Below are positions 56,501 through 64,000 of a stretch of 64,000 nt of DNA, piece by piece (the stretch's first letter is position 1; each line of letters begins with the position of its first letter). The notes beneath the pieces are model-generated. The model did not search any database, had not been told where the DNA came from, and saw nothing but the letters and a program-made list of their open reading frames with translations. The stretch comes from Rhynchopus sp. YZ270_cl-10. Taxonomy: Eukaryota. Location of the stretch: contig OZ037846.1 in NCBI GenBank assembly GCA_964035575.1, positions 1,674,001 through 1,738,000 of the forward strand. The letters are read 5' to 3'. The translations under genes were made by a program, and so were the position numbers.

Positions 56501-59500
56501 CGCAAACCCGCAAACCCGCAAACCCGCAAACCCGCAAACCCGCAAACCCGCAAACCCGCAAACCCGCAAACCCGCAAACCCGCAAACCCGCAAACCCGCA
56601 AACCCGCAAACCCGCAAACCCGCAAACCCGCAAACCCGCAAACCCGCAAACCCGCAAACCCGCAAACCCGCAAACCCGCAAACCCGCAAACCCGCAAACC
56701 CGCAAACCCGCAAACCCGCAAACCCGCAAACCCGCAAACCCGCAAACCCGCAAACCCGCAAACCCGCAAACCCGCAAACCCGCAAACCCGCAAACCCGCA
56801 AACCCGCAAACCCGCAAACCCGCAAACCCGCAAACCCGCAAACCCGCAAACCCGCAAACCCGCAAACCCGCAAACCCGCAAACCCGCAAACCCGCAAACC
56901 CGCAAACCCGCAAACCCGCAAACCCGCAAACCCGCAAACCCGCAAACCCGCAAACCCGCAAACCCGCAAACCCGCAAACCCGCAAACCCGCAAACCCGCA
57001 AACCCGCAAACCCGCAAACCCGCAAACCCGCAAACCCGCAAACCCGCAAACCCGCAAACCCGCAAACCCGCAAACCCGCAAACCCGCAAACCCGCAAACC
57101 CGCAAACCCGCAAACCCGCAAACCGCAAACCCGCAAACCCGCAAACCCGCAAACCGCAAACCCGCAAACCCGCAAACCCGCAAACCCGCAAACCCGCAAA
57201 CCCGCAAACCCGCAAACCCGCAAACCCGCAACCCGCAAACCCGCAAACCCGCAAACCCGCAAACCCGCAAACCCGCAAACCCGCAAACCCGCAAACCCGC
57301 AAACCCGCAAACCCGCAAACCCGCAAACCGCAAACCCGCAAACCCGCAAACCCGCAAACCCGCAAACCCGCAAACCCGCAAACCCGCAAACCCGCAAACC
57401 CGCAAACCCGCAAACCCGCAAACCCGCAAACCCGCAAACCCGCAAACCCGCAAACCCGCAAACCCGCAAACCCGCAAACCCGCAAACCCGCAAACCCGCA
57501 AACCCGCAAACCCGCAAACCCGCAAACCCGCAAACCCGCAAACCCGCAAACCCGCAAACCCGCAAACCCGCAAACCCGCAAACCCGCAAACCCGCAAACC
57601 CGCAAACCCGCAAACCCGCAAACCCGCAAACCCGCAAACCCGCAAACCCGCAAACCCGCAAACCCGCAAACCCGCAAACCCGCAAACCCGCAAACCCGCA
57701 AACCCGCAAACCCGCAAACCCGCAAACCCGCAAACCCGCAAACCCGCAAACCCGCAAACCCGCAAACCCGCAAACCCGCAAACCCGCAAACCCGCAAACC
57801 CGCAAACCCGCAAACCCGCAAACCCGCAAACCCGCAAACCCGCAAACCGCAAACCGCAAACCCGCAAACCCGCAAACCCGCAAACCCGCAAACCCGCAAA
57901 CCCGCAAACCCGCAAACCCGCAAACCCGCAAACCCGCAAACCGCAAACCCGCAAACCCGCAAACCCGCAAACCCGCAAACCCGCAAACCCGCAAACCCGC
58001 AAACCCGCAAACCCGCAAACCCGCAAACCCGCAAACCCGCAAACCGCAAACCCGCAAACCCGCAAACCCGCAAACCCGCAAACCCGCAAACCCGCAAACC
58101 CGCAAACCCGCAAACCCGCAAACCCGCAAACCCGCAAACCCGCAAACCCGCAAACCCGCAAACCCGCAAACCCGCAAACCCGCAAACCCGCAAACCCGCA
58201 AACCCGCAAACCCGCAAACCCGCAAACCGCAAACCCGCAAACCCGCAAACCCGCAAACCCGCAAACCCGCAAACCCGCAAACCCGCAAACCCGCAAACCC
58301 GCAAACCCGCAAACCCGCAAACCCGCAAACCCGCAAACCCGCAAACCCGCAAACCCGCAAACCCGCAAACCGCAAACCCGCAAACCCGCAAACCCGCAAA
58401 CCCGCAAACCCGCAAACCCGCAAACCCGCAAACCGCAAACCCGCAAACCCGCAAACCCGCAAACCCGCAAACCCGCAAACCCGCAAACCCGCAAACCCGC
58501 AAACCCGCAAACCCGCAAACCCGCAAACCCGCAAACCCGCAAACCCGCAAACCCGCAAACCCGCAAACCCGCAAACCCGCAAACCCGCAAACCCGCAAAC
58601 CCGCAAACCGCAAACCCGCAAACCCGCAAACCCGCAAACCCGCAAACCCGCAAACCCGCAAACCCGCAAACCCGCAAACCCGCAAACCCGCAAACCCGCA
58701 AACCCGCAAACCCGCAAACCCGCAAACCCGCAAACCCGCAAACCCGCAAACCCGCAAACCCGCAAACCCGCAAACCCGCAAACCCGCAAACCCGCAAACC
58801 CGCAAACCCGCAAACCCGCAAACCCGCAAACCCGCAAACCCCGCAAACCCGCAAACCCGCAAACCCGCAAACCCGCAAACCGCAAACCCGCAAACCCGCA
58901 AACCCGCAAACCCGCAAACCCGCAAACCCGCAAACCCGCAAACCCGCAAACCCGCAAACCCGCAAACCCGCAAACCCGCAAACCCGCAAACCCGCAACCC
59001 GCAAACCCGCAAACCCGCAAACCCGCAAACCCGCAAACCCGCAAACCCGCAAACCCGCAAACCCGCAAACCCGCAAACCCGCAAACCCGCAAACCCGCAA
59101 ACCCGCAAACCCGCAAACCCGCAAACCCGCAAACCCGCAAACCCGCAAACCCGCAAACCCGCAAACCCGCAAACCCGCAAACCCGCAAACCCGCAAACCC
59201 GCAAACCGCAAACCCGCAAACCCGCAAACCCGCAAACCCGCAAACCCGCAAACCCGCAAACCCGCAAACCCGCAAACCCGCAAACCCGCAAACCCGCAAA
59301 CCCGCAAACCCGCAAACCCGCAAACCCGCAAACCCGCAAACCCGCAAACCCGCAAACCCGCAAACCCGCAAACCCGCAAACCCGCAAACCCGCAAACCCG
59401 CAAACCCGCAAACCCGCAAACCCGCAAACCCGCAAACCCGCAAACCCGCAAACCCGCAAACCCGCAAACCCGCAAACCCGCAAACCCGCAAACCCGCAAA

Positions 59501-62500
59501 CCCGCAAACCCGCAAACCCGCAAACCCGCAAACCCGCAAACCCGCAAACCCGCAAACCCGCAAACCCGCAAACCCGCAAACCCGCAAACCCGCAAACCCG
59601 CAAACCCGCAAACCCGCAAACCCGCAAACCCGCAAACCCGCAAACCCGCAAACCCGCAAACCCGCAAACCCGCAAACCCGCAAACCCGCAAACCCGCAAA
59701 CCCGCAAACCCGCAAACCCGCAAACCCGCAAACCCGCAAACCCGCAAACCCGCAAACCCGCAAACCCGCAAACCCGCAAACCCGCAAACCCGCAAACCCG
59801 CAAACCCGCAAACCCGCAAACCCGCAAACCCGCAAACCCGCAAACCCGCAAACCCGCAAACCGCAAACCCGCAAACCCGCAAACCCGCAAACCCGCAAAC
59901 CCGCAAACCCGCAAACCCGCAAACCCGCAAACCCGCAAACCCGCAAACCCGCAAACCCGCAAACCCGCAAACCCGCAAACCCGCAAACCCGCAAACCCGC
60001 AAACCCGCAAACCCGCAAACCCGCAAACCCGCAAACCGCAAACCCGCAACCCGCAAACCGCAAACCCGCAAACCCGCAAACCCGCAAACCCGCAAACCCG
60101 CAAACCCGCAAACCCGCAAACCCGCAAACCCGCAAACCCGCAAACCCGCAAACCCGCAAACCCGCAAACCCGCAAACCCGCAAACCCGCAAACCCGCAAA
60201 CCCGCAAACCCGCAAACCCGCAAACCCGCAAACCGCAAACCCGCAAACCCGCAAACCCGCAAACCCGCAAACCCGCAAACCCGCAAACCCGCAAACCCGC
60301 AAACCCGCAAACCCGCAAACCCGCAAACCCGCAAACCCGCAAACCCGCAAACCCGCAAACCCGCAAACCCGCAAACCCGCAAACCCGCAAACCCGCAAAC
60401 CCGCAAACCCGCAAACCCGCAAACCCGCAAACCCGCAAACCCGCAAACCCGCAAACCCGCAAACCCGCAAACCCGCAAACCCGCAAACCCGCAAACCCGC
60501 AAACCCGCAAACCCGCAAACCCGCAAACCCGCAAACCCGCAAACCCGCAAACCCGCAAACCCGCAAACCCGCAAACCCGCAAACCCGCAAACCCGCAAAC
60601 CCGCAAACCCGCAAACCCGCAAACCCGCAAACCCGCAAACCCGCAAACCCGCAAACCCGCAAACCCGCAAACCCGCAAACCCGCAAACCCGCAAACCCGC
60701 AAACCCGCAAACCCGCAAACCCGCAAACCCGCAAACCCGCAAACCCGCAAACCCGCAAACCCGCAAACCCGCAAACCCGCAAACCCGCAAACCCGCAAAC
60801 CCGCAAACCCGCAAACCCGCAAACCCGCAAACCCGCAAACCCGCAAACCCGCAAACCCGCAAACCCGCAAACCCGCAAACCCGCAAACCCGCAAACCCGC
60901 AAACCCGCAAACCCGCAAACCCGCAAACCCGCAAACCCGCAAACCCGCAAACCCGCAAACCCGCAAACCCGCAAACCCGCAAACCCGCAAACCCGCAAAC
61001 CCGCAAACCCGCAAACCCGCAAACCCGCAAACCCGCAAACCCGCAAACCCGCAAACCCGCAAACCCGCAAACCCGCAAACCCGCAAACCCGCAAACCCGC
61101 AAACCCGCAAACCCGCAAACCCGCAAACCCGCAAACCCGCAAACCCGCAAACCCGCAAACCCGCAAACCCGCAAACCCGCAAACCCGCAAACCCGCAAAC
61201 CCGCAAACCCGCAAACCCGCAAACCCGCAAACCCGCAAACCCGCAAACCCGCAAACCCGCAAACCCGCAAACCCGCAAACCCGCAAACCCGCAAACCCGC
61301 AAACCGCAAACCCGCAAACCCGCAAACCCGCAAACCCGCAAACCCGCAAACCCGCAAACCCGCAAACCCGCAAACCCGCAAACCCGCAAACCCGCAAACC
61401 CGCAAACCCGCAAACCCGCAAACCCGCAAACCCGCAAACCCGCAAACCCGCAAACCCGCAAACCCGCAAACCCGCAAACCCGCAAACCCGCAAACCCGCA
61501 AACCCGCAAACCCGCAAACCCGCAAACCCGCAAACCCGCAAACCCGCAAACCCGCAAACCCGCAAACCCGCAAACCCGCAAACCCGCAAACCCGCAAACC
61601 CGCAAACCCGCAAACCCGCAAACCCGCAAACCCGCAAACCCGCAAACCCGCAAACCCGCAAACCCGCAAACCCGCAAACCCGCAAACCCGCAAACCCGCA
61701 AACCCGCAAACCCGCAAACCCGCAAACCCGCAAACCGCAAACCCGCAAACCCGCAAACCCGCAAACCCGCAAACCCGCAAACCCGCAAACCCGCAAACCC
61801 GCAAACCCGCAAACCCGCAAACCCGCAAACCCGCAAACCCGCAAACCCGCAAACCCGCAAACCCGCAAACCCGCAAACCCGCAAACCCGCAAACCCGCAA
61901 ACCCGCAAACCCGCAAACCCGCAAACCCGCAAACCCGCAAACCCGCAAACCCGCAAACCCGCAAACCCGCAAACCCGCAAACCCGCAAACCCGCAAACCC
62001 GCAAACCCGCAAACCCGCAAACCCGCAAACCCGCAAACCCGCAAACCCGCAAACCCGCAAACCCGCAAACCCGCAAACCCGCAAACCCGCAAACCCGCAA
62101 ACCCGCAAACCCGCAAACCCGCAAACCCGCAAACCCGCAAACCCGCAAACCCGCAAACCCGCAAACCCGCAAACCCGCAAACCCGCAAACCCGCAAACCC
62201 GCAAACCCGCAAACCCGCAAACCCGCAAACCCGCAAACCCGCAAACCCGCAAACCCGCAAACCCGCAAACCCGCAAACCCGCAAACCCGCAAACCCGCAA
62301 ACCCGCAAACCCGCAAACCCGCAAACCCGCAAACCCGCAAACCCGCAAACCGCAAACCCGCAAACCCGCAAACCCGCAAACCCGCAAACCCGCAAACCCG
62401 CAAACCCGCAAACCCGCAAACCCGCAAACCGCAAACCCGCAAACCCGCAAACCCGCAAACCCGCAAACCCGCAAACCCGCAAACCCGCAAACCCGCAAAC

Positions 62501-64000
62501 CCGCAAACCCGCAAACCCGCAAACCCGCAAACCCGCAAACCCGCAAACCCGCAAACCCGCAAACCCGCAAACCCGCAAACCCGCAAACCCGCAAACCCGC
62601 AAACCCGCAAACCCGCAAACCCGCAAACCCGCAAACCCGCAAACCCGCAAACCCGCAAACCCGCAAACCCGCAAACCCGCAAACCCGCAAACCCGCAAAC
62701 CCGCAAACCCGCAAACCCGCAAACCCGCAAACCCGCAAACCCGCAAACCCGCAAACCGCAAACCCGCAAACCCGCAAACCCGCAAACCCGCAAACCCGCA
62801 AACCCGCAAACCCGCAAACCGCAAACCCGCAAACCCGCAAACCCGCAAACCCGCAAACCCGCAAACCCGCAAACCCGCAAACCCGCAAACCCGCAAACCC
62901 GCAAACCCGCAAACCCGCAAACCCGCAAACCCGCAAACCCGCAAACCCGCAAACCCGCAAACCCGCAAACCCGCAAACCCGCAAACCCGCAAACCCGCAA
63001 ACCCGCAAACCCGCAAACCCGCAAACCGCAAACCCGCAAACCCGCAAACCCGCAAACCCGCAAACCCGCAAACCCGCAAACCCGCAAACCCGCAAACCCG
63101 CAAACCCGCAAACCCGCAAACCCCGCAAACCCGCAAACCCGCAAACCCGCAAACCCGCAAACCCGCAAACCCGCAAACCCGCAAACCCGCAAACCCGCAA
63201 ACCCGCAAACCCGCAAACCCGCAAACCCGCAAACCCGCAAACCCGCAAACCCGCAAACCCGCAAACCCGCAAACCCGCAAACCCGCAAACCCGCAAACCC
63301 GCAAACCCGCAAACCCGCAAACCCGCAAACCCGCAAACCCGCAAACCCGCAAACCCGCAAACCCGCAAACCCGCAAACCCGCAAACCCGCAAACCCGCAA
63401 ACCCGCAAACCCGCAAACCCGCAAACCCGCAAACCCGCAAACCCGCAAACCCGCAAACCCGCAAACCCGCAAACCCGCAAACCCGCAAACCCGCAAACCC
63501 GCAAACCCGCAAACCCGCAAACCCGCAAACCCGCAAACCCGCAAACCCGCAAACCCGCAAACCCGCAAACCCGCAAACCCGCAAACCCGCAAACCCGCAA
63601 ACCCGCAAACCCGCAAACCCGCAAACCCGCAAACCCGCAAACCCGCAAACCCGCAAACCCGCAAACCCGCAAACCCGCAAACCGCAAACCCGCAAACCCG
63701 CAAACCCGCAAACCCGCAAACCCGCAAACCCGCAAACCCGCAAACCCGCAAACCCGCAAACCCGCAAACCCGCAAACCCGCAAACCCGCAAACCCGCAAA
63801 CCCGCAAACCCGCAAACCCGCAAACCCGCAAACCCGCAAACCCGCAAACCCGCAAACCCGCAAACCCGCAAACCCGCAAACCGCAAACCCGCAAACCCGC
63901 AAACCCGCAAACCCGCAAACCCGCAAACCCGCAAACCCGCAACCCGCAAACCCGCAAACCCGCAAACCCGCAAACCCGCAAACCCGCAAACCCGCAAACC
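53531..64000. repeat. (AAACCCGC)n 8-bp satellite, >10.4 kb, running off the window
   Basis: Highly homogeneous array. AAACCCGT variants at the left edge, 1-bp indels further in. Confidence 0.99.

Noticed and set aside
55670..63960. 1-bp indel variants in the AAACCCGC array as biological structure
   Set aside because: All fall in homopolymer runs and are irregular, so they are likely long-read consensus errors.
53399..63997. Three ~3500-aa ORFs (RVCGFAGL repeats)
   Set aside because: Translation of a stop-free 8-bp satellite that is open in all frames.
53531..64000. Telomere
   Set aside because: The C-rich strand runs toward the window end, which is the wrong polarity, and the unit is not TTAGGG.

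Overview
Eukaryotic genomic DNA, most likely from a euglenozoan and probably a diplonemid. The evidence is a kinetoplastid/diplonemid-type spliced-leader sequence, intronless co-oriented genes preceded by pyrimidine/CA-rich tracts ending in AG, and receptor-cyclase-like proteins ending in an EEWMY motif. The first ~42 kb is a + strand cluster of surface/signalling genes: three paralogous proteins built as signal peptide, variable head, TPAP stalk and 7-8 TM domain (one with a WD40 head), two TM-sensor-TM-HAMP proteins with degenerate class III cyclase domains, and two broken secreted/membrane genes. The intergenic DNA holds many non-autonomous DNA transposons (hAT-like with 8-bp TSDs, Tc1/mariner-like with TA TSD, a piggyBac relic with CTAA TSD, a 3-bp-TSD element) and microsatellites. 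A complete 40-nt spliced leader plus a degenerate second copy sits directly upstream of an orphan minus-strand ORF (34334 to 33765), which suggests a retro-copied trans-spliced mRNA or an element encoding its own SL. The last ~18 kb is a satellite domain of (CTCCTTAG)n, a 21-bp minisatellite and >10 kb of (AAACCCGC)n. It contains an inserted TIR element and a single 5S rRNA gene, with an inverted copy of the 5S internal promoter and a tRNA-like B-box element just upstream. All calls were made by eye; no database searches were run.
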